DNA of 61,179 bases, the filler included, from Globobulimina sp. (Eukaryota), in NCBI GenBank assembly GCA_003354225.1. It is 19 parts of 19 records of this genome, joined end to end, with 100 filler letters (N's around TTAATTAATTAA, not from the genome) between each part and the next. Parts side by side here need not be neighbours in the genome. Positions count along the whole stretch, not along the records: positions 19,365 to 22,491 come from PIVH01003658.1; positions 22,592 to 25,717 come from PIVH01003659.1; positions 25,818 to 28,943 come from PIVH01003660.1; positions 29,044 to 32,169 come from PIVH01003661.1; positions 32,270 to 35,394 come from PIVH01003662.1; 14 more parts are not named here. One strand, given 5' to 3'. The notes below the pieces were generated by a model, which saw only the letters and a program-made list of their open reading frames with translations, did not search any database and was not told the origin of the DNA. Shown in pieces: positions 20,340 to 32,465 of the stretch. Positions within the stretch are counted from its first letter, which is position 1; each line of letters opens with the position of its first letter. The position numbers and the translations under genes are program-made.

Positions 20340-21014
20340 ATGTCAAATAAATTGTCTCGGTTAGGTCTAATGTTTGAGAGAGCAGCATTGGAACCATTGA
20401 TTTCGTTCGGTTTTGATATTGTGCACACTGGAACTGGAGGATTTTTATCTTGCGATAAAGGGTTTGTATGTGATTAATTTAGTTCAATTTGTTATTATTT
20501 ATGTAATTTGTAATTAAGATGTGATATTCGAGGTAAAATATTAAATTCTGCGGATAATAAATATATTGAAGTTATTGGTCAATGTAAATACAGATCGTCA
20601 TCAATCTCAACACAACAAAAGTTATCACTGAAAGAAGTGGATCGAATTGCATCCACAGCACAATTAGAATCATCATATATTCATTCTATTCCTATTCATA
20701 ATACGCTTGGTATTATAATTTCAAATGTCTGTTTATCATCATTTGCTTTGGCTCATTTTCAAAGAGCAAATCCATTGCTGTTTATTCAAATGAATATAAA
20801 CGATGACATATTATTAAATCTATTACAATATGCACCAGATTTAAATACAAATGTTTTGCAGTGGAACAACAACAAACAATATAAACAATTAAAAAACGGT
20901 GAGTTTATTAAACAAATACGTATAAACAGTTCAGCAATACATCTGTTACCAAATGCGTCAGTGAGTCGTGTTTTGTTGCCACAAAATGAAGCGTATTGTC
21001 TATTTTCTTGCTGA
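20340..21014 (+). CDS. Mrr-like PD-(D/E)xK nuclease-fold protein (RRG7/DUF2034-like), intron 20462..20518
   Basis: Spliced product MSNKLSRLGLMFERAALEPLISFGFDIVHTGTGGFLSCDKG|CDIRG...VIGQCK...LGIIIS matches the Mrr_cat pattern G.xFE / D.G.D / QCK. The ORF track missed exon 1. Confidence 0.75.
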
Positions 21015-21301
21015 CTAATTAATGTATCGAACCTGTGCAAGGATGGGTAACCGCAAAAGTCGAATATTTCCGACTCTGAAAATGTTATCGTGAAGGAAAG
21101 CACACATTTTATAGTAAGGTATCGTGATAAATTGATGGTGTTCACAGCTGGAAAATATGCGTGTGATGAAGTTGCCAAATTGAAAAATGTATGAACGACA
21201 AACATATAGCCCCCCCCTAAATATACAAATTCATTTAAAATCAGAGATCGTCGACGTCGATCCAACCTAAAACTTTTTTTACAAAATACTAAACTCTTCT
21301 C

Positions 21302-21672
21302 ATGTACTCTTGTTTGCTCTTATTCGCAATATGTTTTATAGATATGACTATTTCTCAAACTAGAACTAATACGACCAACACTAACTATCAACAGCAAAAT
21401 ATTTCGTATTACGAATGCAGTACCGATTCTGTTACATGCGAACCACACAAATTATCAACAAATCTACAATGCGCTTATATTACTACATGTTGTAATACAA
21501 CCTTAGGAAATGATGTAGATATTAATTATTTATCAATCCAATATTGTACTTTTAATAGATTTCAAACCTTTGGTCTCATACTGTATATAATTTTCATTTT
21601 ATATTATTTTCTCATTATTAGCAATATAGCCGACAGTTATTTTGCACCAATTATGGAAGAATTGTCTAATTT
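21302..21672 (+). CDS. Cation/Ca2+ exchanger (CCX/NCLX-like) N-terminus, broken at an internal junction
   Basis: Signal peptide, INYLSIQYCTF, TM1, then IISNIADSYFAPIMEELS, which resembles the CCX LGNTAxxYFCPxLExLS motif. The expected continuation is absent. Confidence 0.75.
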
Positions 21673-22320
21673 GAAGTATCCGCATGTATAGACTGTAATT
21701 CCACGACTTGATGAGGATACTTCACAATATGACATATGAATATTTCTCTTTCCTATCCTTATTTTTATACCTTCCCAATATCCACCTTCACCTGAATAAA
21801 TTTTGAAGACAATAGGCGCAGCCTCCGTTCCATTTGCAACTAATTCACCATCAATCCAGAATGAAGCATTTTCTAAGAAACTTATTTTAGTGCCGGGTTC
21901 AATAAATAACCTGAAGCCAGAATTAACGAAAACTTGACCTTTGAAAACATAATGTGTATCAGCGTAAAGAGTACCAGAAACACTGCCTGAAATATTGACA
22001 TTCCCTGCGGTAGCTGTGAGAATTCCATGGTCGAAACTGATGTCTTTTGAGATAAGTACTTGGCCTTCATTTTTTGTAGAAAAACCAGTTTTACTCAACG
22101 AAATTTCATACAAGCCACCTGGAATGTTTAATGAATAAGAACCACTTGAATTTGTAAAAGTCGAATCGCTAATTGCTGTCGGAGAAATAGCCTTATACAA
22201 GACCGTGACTCCTGCATGATTTGTTTCATTCTCCAAAAGAACAGTTCCGTTTATATTTAGTGCATTAGCAATTTGAATTCCGATAATGAATAGAGCGGAG
22301 CAGAGAATATAATTTTTCAT
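21673..22320 (-). CDS. Bacterial secreted protein (carboxypeptidase-regulatory-like domain plus start of a right-handed beta-helix), 3'-broken
   Basis: Signal peptide MKNYILCSALFIIGIQIANA. Contains TFTNSSGSYSL..GLYEISLSKTGF and LFIEPGTKISF..GELVANGTEAAPIVF..WEGI. No introns. Confidence 0.8.
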
Positions 22321-22425
22321 AGCTAAGATTTTAGCTTTATAAGTCATAAACGATCTAAACGTATAAAGCGTATGCCCTAAATTAATTAAAATTTGCATCC
22401 TAGTCATGGCACCCATCTTAATTTA

Positions 22426-22433
22426 TATTTTTG
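22426..22433 (+). promoter_or_regulatory. Bacteroidota-type -7 promoter element TAnnTTTG
   Basis: TATTTTTG lies 16 nt upstream of ATG 22450. The A-rich leader has no Shine-Dalgarno sequence. Confidence 0.4.
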
Positions 22434-22449
22434 TTCAAAACATTTAAAC

Positions 22450-22491
22450 ATGGATAAATTCGACGTTGTTGTTATTGGCTCAGGACCCGGA
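22450..22491 (+). CDS. N-terminus of a bacterial pyridine nucleotide-disulfide oxidoreductase (dihydrolipoyl dehydrogenase-like), truncated
   Basis: MDKFDVVVIGSGPG is an FAD-binding Rossmann start. Only 14 codons are visible. Confidence 0.7.
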
Positions 22492-22591
22492 NNNNNNNNN
22501 NNNNNNNNNNNNNNNNNNNNNNNNNNNNNNNNNNNTTAATTAATTAANNNNNNNNNNNNNNNNNNNNNNNNNNNNNNNNNNNNNNNNNNNN

Positions 22592-25500
22592 TAATCTTAT
22601 CACCATAATGAAATATCCAACTTCTCTTCAACCTTTCTTCTTCTTTTTGACGCTCATACATCTTTGGTGTCCGTATTCTTTTGGTATATCTTTCGTGAGA
22701 ATTTGCCGTTAAAACCAAACCATTCAAAGATTTTAATCTTGAAATTGCGACACACGCAGAACCTGAAGCAATTCTACCTTTACTTCCAACATCAATCACT
22801 GCCATTTCCAATGTTTTTCCTTGACTTTTATGAATAGTAATTGCAAAAGCCAAACAAAGAGGTAACTGTGTTCGTGATTTTTGTGATCTGTTTACAAACC
22901 ATTCACATCTCTGGGGCGCAATAGGAACAATGTTATCAATATTCTGATGTTCCAATACTGATGGTCCAGTGTATTCGTCAAATTTAACCAAAACAGCTAA
23001 TGGTAACTCAGGAGCTCCGGTTCCCGGTTTGTATACAATATCATGAACTGTACCCATGGCACCATTTACTAACCCTGCTTTTGTCCATAAATTCTGTCGT
23101 AACATGACCCTACTACCTTTGCAAAGAAAAACATTTTGTGTTAAATTCATACAATCTTCAGGTTTGCATTTTTTGGCACCTGAGCCAGAATGTTCGGCGT
23201 CAATACGTGCGATTGGATTCCCTAATTCATTACCTTTTGTAATATTATATTCTGCAACCTCTGCATTTCTTGGAAATATTCTCAGAGCATTGTCCCATTC
23301 ATGAATACTATCTCGTAAATTGTGAGGAGAACGGGAACATAATAATTTATAATCATCTTCAGTTATCTTACCATCAGGTAATCGTGATAGCAAATCTTTG
23401 AATACAGGGTCACCTTTTTGTCTAATTACAGCTTCCAACATATATGGAATAAACTGACGAAATAAACAGAATGCTGTTGAATCTTTTGTACCTTTTGGTT
23501 CAACAAACAAACTGAAATCACCGATAGGTGGTAATTGTTTGAAATCACCAACCAATATTATACTTAATCCACCAAATATTTCATCACAACGTTCCGGTTT
23601 TGCTTGTCTACAACGTTTATCCAACCATTTAAATGCTTTCTGTCCAAACATTGAATATTCATCAATCAACAGATATTCAACATTTTCAAATCTCTCAATC
23701 AAATTTGCCAACGAGATACCTTTTAAATCTTTATTATTATACTTACCAACTGGTAATGCAGCAAATGAATACACTGTTGGCCCACAAATATTGAATGCAG
23801 CAACACCAGTGGTGCCAGTAACGGCCAATCGTTCTTTTAATTCTTGTTTTAAACAATTAGTGACGTATGATTTACCAGTTCCAGGCCCTCCATAAATTAT
23901 TCTGTAAATTGGCTCAGCATATCGTTTTTCAGCGTGAGCCAAGATATCATCATAAACCAATTTCTGAATGCCTTCCATTTTATCAGGATCTGCAACTTCA
24001 GCTTTTCTTTGCCACTCAGGATTATTCATATTTTTATGATCGCGAATAAATGTCTCAAATGAGGCAATCACATTTGGATCATAACTTGAGTAAGATTCAG
24101 ACCAATTAACATTATCTTCATTGCACTTAAAATCCGGAATATCAGCGTTCCTTCCACCACCATCCCGTCGTAACATTCTTTGCCAATCCTCAAGTATAAT
24201 CTCTTGTTCATCTTCATAAGGTTCCCATTCATCAACCTGTATTCTGCTAATAACTCTAGCATTCCAAATATTTTCTGGTAATCTGGCTCTGACTGTTGTA
24301 TCTTCCATAAAGGCAGTATACACTTCAATAATATTATCTCTATTATCATTAAATAATGAATCTGGAGTTTGTGTCCACGCTTTATATTTAATTAATTCAT
24401 TTTCAGCGAAAGCTTCCAAATTACTTCCATTTTTATATAACGTGATTGATGGATAATATTGAACAACTAAATGTTTAGCAGGATTTCTTTCTTTCAAAAT
24501 AGGTTTGTCAGACCTGAGTTTATAAATGTTCCATTTCCTAATGAAAGAATCCAAACTAATTTGGGCTAAAACATCATTATTTTCAATCAAACTCAATCTA
24601 TCAGCATATACATCAAATAAAGATCTGTGAATAACACGTGAATTATTTTGCATTTCCACTGTTCTGCTTTGACCAAGATTACATTTAACTGTAGATATAT
24701 TTTCTGTTTCAAATACTGGTAATGATTGTAACTGATGTAAACATTGCTGTTGTGAAATATCCTCATGACCAATCAATTTTAAAAAATATTTTCTCCATAC
24801 TGTAGCCATTTGGTTGCTTACATTATTATTCATTATCAATTCCTCAGCAGATGACAATAACTTTGTCATTACCAATTTTACATCTTGAGAACCTGTTTCA
24901 GCTTTCATTACATATTTAGAAATATAGTTTGCACATGCATGCGCATCCAAAACTATTTGCATATCACAATTACCTCGATTATACATAGGTTGAATAATAC
25001 AGTGGCTGCAACCAAATGTATCATTTCGTTTCAAAATTATTTTAACTTTTGGAGGTGCACCATTTTTATTCTCGATAAATTCGATTGTTGTTACTAACAC
25101 AGGAGCATCTTTTGGGTAATCAAATCTACATGATTCTAATCTTTGTCCTTTTTTCTTCCGCATACAATATGATCGAACACATTTATGTCTGAGGAAACAA
25201 TTAAACATAATATAATAATTTTCCATACGTTTAACTTTTGGCACATGACGAAAAGCTTTACTTGATGGATGTTCATTTGGCCACACAAATCGAAAATCTT
25301 CTTGACCAAATTCAGGATGATAATTCCAACATGAAATAATAGTGTCAACATATGTAATAACTCTGTGTTCAGCAGATTTACCCTTCTCCACTTTCTGTTT
25401 TAATTCATTTTCAATATCTTCATTTGGTATTTCATTTTTTTCTTCTTCCTGCTGCATATTTAAAATTTGTTTTTCAGCTTGTAGACCATTCCAAACATCC

Positions 25501-25717
25501 TGACACAATGATATTAATCCCGGATCATTTTTCAATTTCGAGCAACCATGAATATGAGCAGTACCTCGACCTTGCCATTCCCAACGATTAATACTCCAAT
25601 CTTCATATAATGTATTTTGATGAAAATGTTTTTTAATACCTTTAACAAATTCGTGAAACCATCTTGCAACAATATGTGGATTTTTTAACACCCCATGTCG
25701 TTTGCTTGTATTTTTTT
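22592..25717 (-). mobile_element. Helitron-type RepHel ORF (HUH endonuclease plus PIF1 helicase), both ends truncated
   Basis: Rep motifs EWQGRGTAHIHG and YISKYVMKAE. PIF1 motifs GGPGTGKS, TTGVAAFNI, IDEYSM, GDFKQLPP, RVMLRQNL..GLVNG, QLPLCLAFAITIHKSQG and AISR. Over 1000 codons without a stop. Confidence 0.92.
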
Positions 25718-25929
25718 NNNNNNNNNNNNNNNNNNNNNNNNNNNNNNNNNNNNNNNNNNNNTTAATTAATTAANNNNNNNNNNNNNNNNNNNNNNNNNNN
25801 NNNNNNNNNNNNNNNNNGCAATAGAGTGAGGACTATTTATTAATCCACGCTGCTGGCAAGCAATCCTCTTAGACATAAGTAGACTTTAAATGTAACGGTC
25901 TCAAAAAAAACTTAGTTGGCCATAGTCTA

Positions 25930-27644
25930 ATGGAAGCAGTGAGAACACTGATTATTGAGGAACACAATAAATTAATACAACAACTGGAAGATAAATATTT
26001 GAATTATTTGAAAATTCTATTAAAACAAAAGGCATTGATTCATCAACACATTCAAAAAAGTTTATATCAACAATTATTTAAATTAAATGATATTGCAAAT
26101 AAATATAAAAACAATAATATTAATAATATTAATAATGGAAGCATAACAAATATAAATTCATTATCATTGCCTTTGTCTACACTCGAACATGATAACAATA
26201 ACAACCACAACAACAATAATCAAGATATATCGATATGGAATTGTGTTATTTGTGAGAAAGAGTGCGGAAATAAAAAAGAATATGCATTTCATATTAAATA
26301 TCATTCAGCCAAAGATGTACAAAAATCAGAAATGATTATTACGCAACAAATACACCAAGAAAACGAAAATAATAACAAAAGAGAGGCGGAACAATTTAAG
26401 CTTTCTGGTAATAAATTATTAAAAAACAAACAATTCGAAAGAGCAATTATTGCATATACAAAAGCAATACATTTGGATGCATCAAATCCCATTTATTTAT
26501 CAAACCGAGCTGCGGCGTACACGGATTTGAAAAAGTATCAACAAGCGACTGTCGACGCGTATGTTCCTATTAAAATAAATAATATTAATATCACATACTT
26601 GTATACATAAACAGGCACAAAGCAAGTGACATTGATCCGAATTATGTGAAAGCGTATATGCGAGAAGGTGTGGCTGAGCATAAAATGCAACATTACGAAA
26701 AAGCACACAGCGCATTTTCCAAAGCAATCAGCAAATTGACACGAAATGATAAAAATGCAAAAACATTCAAACAAATCCAAGCTAGAATAAATTTATGCAA
26801 ACAGGAAATGGATAAAAGAAAAAAAAATAATCCCGCGATTGGCACCAGATTACGATTAAAACTCGCCATTGTTGGAAGGAAAAGTTTAGAAACAAATACG
26901 TTACCATATCAATGTGAAAAATGTGGCAAATTATTCAAACAACAACAAAATCTCAAAAAACATATGATTCAACATACGGGATCAAAGCAATTTGTTTGTG
27001 GGCAATGTCAGAAACCATTTAAATACAAAAATGATTTAAAAACGCATTTGAAAAATGTTCATTCATTAAACAAAATCAATGCAACACCAATCAAATCGGA
27101 AAATATTACAATTGGGCGACCATTCAGATGCAGTGAATGTAGTATGCGGTTTAAGAAAGCGTATCGTTTGAAGAGCCATATGATCTGTCATAGCGATGAG
27201 AGGCCATTTAAATGCAGTGAATGCAGTCAAGCATTCAAAAGAAAAGTGGGTTTAAAACAGCATATTATATGTCATAGCAACGAGAAACCGTTTAAATGCA
27301 ATAAATGCGATCATACATTTAAAAGGAGAGGAGGTTTAAAAAAGCATATGATGCACATTCATAGCAAACAGTTTAAATGTAATGAATGTGATGATGTGTT
27401 TAACAGATCGATTGATTTGGATAAACATATTCGGAAACATTTTGGAGATGGACCTGGACCGTATGGATGTAATCAATGTCATGAAACATTTGCAAAAAAG
27501 AATGAATTAAATACGCATATTCTACAACATAAGAATATTGAACACAAATGTAATAAATGTGCGAGGACATTCCAGCAATCAAATGATTTGAAACAACATA
27601 TGAAAATGCATAAAAATAGTTTGGCGGGCTTATTTCTACACTAA
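25930..27644 (+). CDS. TPR domain plus C2H2 zinc-finger array protein, intron 26559..26614
   Basis: Splicing GTATG..CAG (56 nt) rebuilds the TPR AEQFKLSGN..YLSNRAAAY..DAHKASDIDPNYVKAY. There is one N-terminal and eight C-terminal C2H2 fingers, with HTGSKQF, HSDERPF and HSNEKPF linkers. Confidence 0.88.
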
Positions 27645-27836
27645 TATTGTTATAATTTCATTAATTGATTAATAATTAAAAAGTATTATTAAAATTAAAG
27701 AAAACAAAAAAGTCCCTCTTGTCTAGCTACATTTTCATTTTCTGTCTGTCAATTCAGTCAGAAGAATTAATGTGATGTATCGAAGTCAAATTGCCGTGGT
27801 ACAAGACTGGCAATGTCACTTTGCTTTTTCATTGAA

Positions 27837-28943
27837 TCATAGATCATCATAATTAAATGGATACATATTTTTATAGTTATCATGATATGATATTTTCAAT
27901 TCCTGTCCTTTCTTGATATTTTTAATTGCAAATACTATCTTTTTCTTGTTATCTTCACTACATTCACAATTTTGTTCATCTCCATTGCCATGATTAAAAA
28001 ATGATGTTAGCGTATAAATAGCTACACCTTCTGGGATATTTAACGACTCTGTAACATTAACTCCAACACTATGAGAACGAATAAAATTTTGTATTTCTTT
28101 GCAATGTACAGAATTAAAAGCAACCTTTTCTGCAATTTGCATAATTCTCCGTATGGATAAAATCGGAATATCACTTTTTTTTACATTTTGAGGTATTTCA
28201 TTATACGCAAACACATCCATTGATGGAATAAATTTATTTTCCTTTCTATTACTTCCATCATACAATAATGACATTTTATATCGATCAACATCTGTTCCAT
28301 TCGCATATATCTTCATCATCTCACAAAATAAATTGAATCTAGATACAGTACAATACGAAGAATGTGTAAGCTCTCCAAATTCTATACAAACATCCAAATT
28401 CGGTTTATGATAATGTTTATATTTTGCTGCGGGATAACCAAATGCCAAACATTTCTCTCTCACTAAAAACTCGCCTTTTTTAATATCTTTTGTAGCGATT
28501 ATGCCACGACACTCTTTCTCATCAATCCAACCAATTTCAATTGAATCTGATATATAATCCGTTTCTGGTTTTGACAGTTTAACAAATGTGCTTCGTAACT
28601 GTGATGTTAATATTTCTGAATGAAATTGTTTTGATGACTGTAATATATTCTTTGTTAACGTTTCTGTCATTTGTAGACATGCCTTATTTGTATTTAATTC
28701 TTGAACATCCATTGCATTCAATACACCCAATGCTTTTTTATATCGTTTACTGCCTAACAATGCGCGACATAATGTATATCGCGCTTTAATCCATTTACTA
28801 TCTATTGACAAGGCAGCAAATCCATCCTTGGCAGCTTGATCAAATTGTTTGCTTTGTAAATAGCACAAAGCTCTGTTATTCAATAATTTTGGTATTAATT
28901 CGCTGTTATTATCACATTGTCGCAAAGCAATGGAATAATATCA
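27837..28943 (-). CDS. TPR plus SET-domain lysine methyltransferase, 5'-truncated
   Basis: TPR LLNNRALCYLQ..KARY. SET motifs RGIIATKDIKKGE, SFFNH..NC and GQELKISY. Confidence 0.88.
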
Positions 28944-29559
28944 NNNNNNNNNNNNNNNNNNNNNNNNNNNNNNNNNNNNNNNNNNNNTTAATTAATTAAN
29001 NNNNNNNNNNNNNNNNNNNNNNNNNNNNNNNNNNNNNNNNNNNAATTGTTTCGGTTTAATTTTTTGATTTTAAACAGAAAATGACACAAAACAGAAATAA
29101 AAAAAGAAATATTTTTATGACAACTGGTTAATAATACGATGTCAGAGCATGAGTATCCACCATACGCACCACATAAAATGTGCATTTCAGTGACTTCGAT
29201 TATTATTTAGCAGGAATCAAACAAAAGAGCCACTGAAATAACATATATTATGATTGTTGTCGTAAAAATAATTATCGCACAGATTCAATAGATGAAATAA
29301 CGTGATTGGTCATGAAAAATGTGTATAAATCCCAATCATCACATATTTAATTTTTGTTTTTTTGTTTCTCTTTATAATACCTAGGGAAAATAAAAGTGTT
29401 TTTGTATACAATAATGAGTATATAGTAAAAGTAAAATAAAGTTACTTTTACCGGCGTTTTTGGGAATAAAATACTATTTTCATAAAGTGTTTCTTGAGTT
29501 CACTAAACTAATTATCATATTATCAACAAAGGAAACAAGGGAATTAATACAATTAGCTG

Positions 29560-30108
29560 TTACAATTCCATTTTAATGAGATTGGATGCACTGAAAATTA
29601 GCAAACCATATGCAGTGCCCAACAGAGAGAGAAAAAATATGAAAAATGTTTTAGTGGCTTTTCTTTTTTTCTTGCAATTGTGTGCAGTTGCTTGTTTTGT
29701 ATAATATTTGCTGAATTTAGTTGTTTTTGTTGGGGAAACTGAAGTTGAGTCGATGTTGTGGTCCTTAATAGATCCGATTTGTGAATCATACTGATATTTT
29801 TTAAATTTATTCGACAATATAGAATACGCTTCATTTATTGATGTAAATTTAGCCATATCTGATTGTGATTTATTTACATTTACATCTGGATGATATATTT
29901 TTGCCATTTGGATGTATGCCATTTTAATTTCCTTTCTTGATGCACTTTTTGATAGTCCCAATGTTTCGTAATGACATTTTTGTTGATTTGATAGTTGTTT
30001 AGAACTTTTGAAATGAAATGAATAAAATGATGAACAACTAATTCTATACAAACATGACCAATAATTACACGGATAATTTGGAAAACAATGACGATATACC
30101 CCAAACAT
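29560..30108 (-). CDS. J-domain (DnaJ) protein with C-terminal TM, possibly mitochondrial
   Basis: HYETLGLSKSASRKEIKMAY..YHPDVN..INEAYSILSN..YD. TM FFIFFLSLLGTAYGLLIF. Basic/Ser-rich N-terminal extension. Confidence 0.9.
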   Translation of the reverse strand: MFGVYRHCFPNYPCNYWSCLYRISCSSFYSFHFKSSKQLSNQQKCHYETLGLSKSASRKEIKMAYIQMAKIYHPDVNVNKSQSDMAKFTSINEAYSILSNKFKKYQYDSQIGSIKDHNIDSTSVSPTKTTKFSKYYTKQATAHNCKKKRKATKTFFIFFLSLLGTAYGLLIFSASNLIKMEL

Positions 30109-30252
30109 AATGAGTTTGTTGATATTGAGCAACTGTTGACATCTAAAAAAAAAGAGTCAAGCCATAATTAAGCCGCACACTTTTATACTGTATACCATTG
30201 CTCGTTGCCCACGCTGTTTCATACATTATACCCATAAATATCCATATTAATA

Positions 30253-32111
30253 ATGATGGCATTTGATTTAACAACGATTGAACCATCCGCATTTATGGAA
30301 TTTCGCGATAATTGGATCAAAGAAACCGGTTTAGAATCGGTAGGAGCAGATCGCTTATTTGATAATGCAGGTTTATTAGAGTTAGTTGAATTAAATCAAT
30401 CTGAATTGAAAGAATACGCGCAAGAGATTGGCTGCTCTGTGATAGAAAGAAGACGATTAATTAAAGGTATTATGAAATTAAACGGTGCCGAAGCCAGTAC
30501 CCCATCGCCATCTGCGTCCATTGCTGCATTCTCAAACAGCTACAGCAATCTCAGCAATTCCTCCTCATCCAATATAACCACACCGTATAGAAAAGCATCA
30601 AAAACAGATAAGAAAGAAAAGAAAGTATACAGGAAACTATCCGCAGCTAAAACAGATACAAAACCAAGAAAAAGAACACGTAAACGAACTAAATCAAAAT
30701 CGCGATCAAGAACACCAAGAACGCCCACCCCAACCTCGCCCACCTTGCCAAATTACAGCAGCAGCACAATCAGCAGCATCAGCAGCAACCATAACAGCGG
30801 CAGCAGCAACAACGACAATGACAGCAGCGATGACAATGCGCCAATGTATGACCCGACTGCGCGGTCACGATCGCGGACGCAAACACCCACATTTCACAAG
30901 AAAAAAAGTGAAAAAAGCTTTGCTGATTTCACTACGATTATTGCCACAGCCATGCAACAATTAGAAAGCGAGGGGAATGCCACCAAGAATGATATACGAC
31001 AAACCTTTATGCATTTTCGTACCAAATTGACAGAGCGCGAAATGAAATTGTTGCATGATGTGAGTACTACGGTGGATAAAAAAACAAGATTATTACGAAC
31101 GCAGTTGGAATATGTAAAGGATAATAATGGTGGAGGTGACAGAGAATTGGCGTGTGATCCAACTATGTGCCTCGATATTGAACGGCAGCATATTTTGACC
31201 AGTATTATTTGCGCTGGATGGGTGAAAGGTGCCTCTTCAGGTATACGTACACATAATTTATGATACAAACACAATTGCAAAGCTATGGCATATACGCAGA
31301 TAACAAGGAAGAGCAAGAGATGCAAGAACGAGAGAGGAAGAGACGGGAATTATACCAGCAGCAATATTTGACAGTGGAGCGCTTAAAAGAAATCACATTA
31401 TTTGAGCGAGACTGTGCCACCAAACGCGAAGAGACTGTCCGATTAACGAATGAAGTGCAGGATGAGATCCAAAAGATAAATGACCGCAGTCGGCAATGTG
31501 AGTCTGAGTTGGCTGCCGCTAAACCATTATTAGAGGCGGCCAAGGAATTAGTTTCTACCATTACCAAAACACAGTTGAATGAGATTCGGGTCTTAAAGAA
31601 ACCGCCGGCTGTGGTTGAGTTGGTAATGAGTGCTGTTACAGTCATGTTGGGCAATAAAATCAAATCATGGCGTGATATTCAGAAAATATTATCAAATCCG
31701 AGATTTATTTCATCGGTGTTAGACTTTGATACCATGGCTTTGAAGAAGAAGACGCGCGATGAATGTAAGAAGTATGTGAAACACGAAGATTTTAATGAAG
31801 AGCGAGCCAATAAAGCATCCAAAGTGGCGGGGCCATTGGTGAAATGGGTAAAATCTCAAATTGAGTATTCGATCTTATTGGATGTGGTGCGGCCGATGCA
31901 GAAACAGATTAAAATATTATCCAGAAAATTAGATAAAAAACAGAGGCAATTAAGTATGTGTACTCAGGTCGTAAATACATTGGAAATGAAAATATCGAAA
32001 TCAAGAACTGAGATTAATCAAATGGTCGAAAATATGATCACTTTACAGGATATCTATAATTTTGGTGCTGATGATGTTGCATTTTGTAATATAATGTTTT
32101 TGTATTTTTAG
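30253..32111 (+). CDS. SAM-like / TRIM-like coiled-coil / dynein stalk-MTBD fusion protein without a motor domain, intron 31241..31299
   Basis: A phase-1 GTATAC..GCAG intron (59 nt) joins the two ORFs into 599 aa. Exon 2 has ELAAAKPLLEAA..LNEIRVLKKPPAVVELVMSAV..SWRDIQK..KASKVAGPLVKWVKSQIEY..VRP, the dynein microtubule-binding stalk. Confidence 0.85.
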
Positions 32112-32465
32112 TTTTGTCTTTTTTTTTTTTTTTTCTATCTCCGTGAACTATACTGTAATATTCCACGTANNNNNNNNNNNNNNNNNNNNNNNNNNNNNNN
32201 NNNNNNNNNNNNNTTAATTAATTAANNNNNNNNNNNNNNNNNNNNNNNNNNNNNNNNNNNNNNNNNNNNTGCCAAATCGAAGAATTGAAGTCTTTCCTTT
32301 TAGAACCTATCTGATTGATACAATACACACACAATATCAAACGCACAAAGCAAACAAAATGACGACCGAGTTAGTGTGACTATACCTAAAAATAATTTTA
32401 GGTTGGCAGAGCGGACGTATAAAATGCAATTTTAACTACAAACACAAGTAAAAAACTTTTAAATC

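Noticed and set aside
20786-21265. 159-aa minus-strand ORF
   Set aside because: Non-ATG start, overlaps the Mrr-like gene antisense, and has no recognisable motif.
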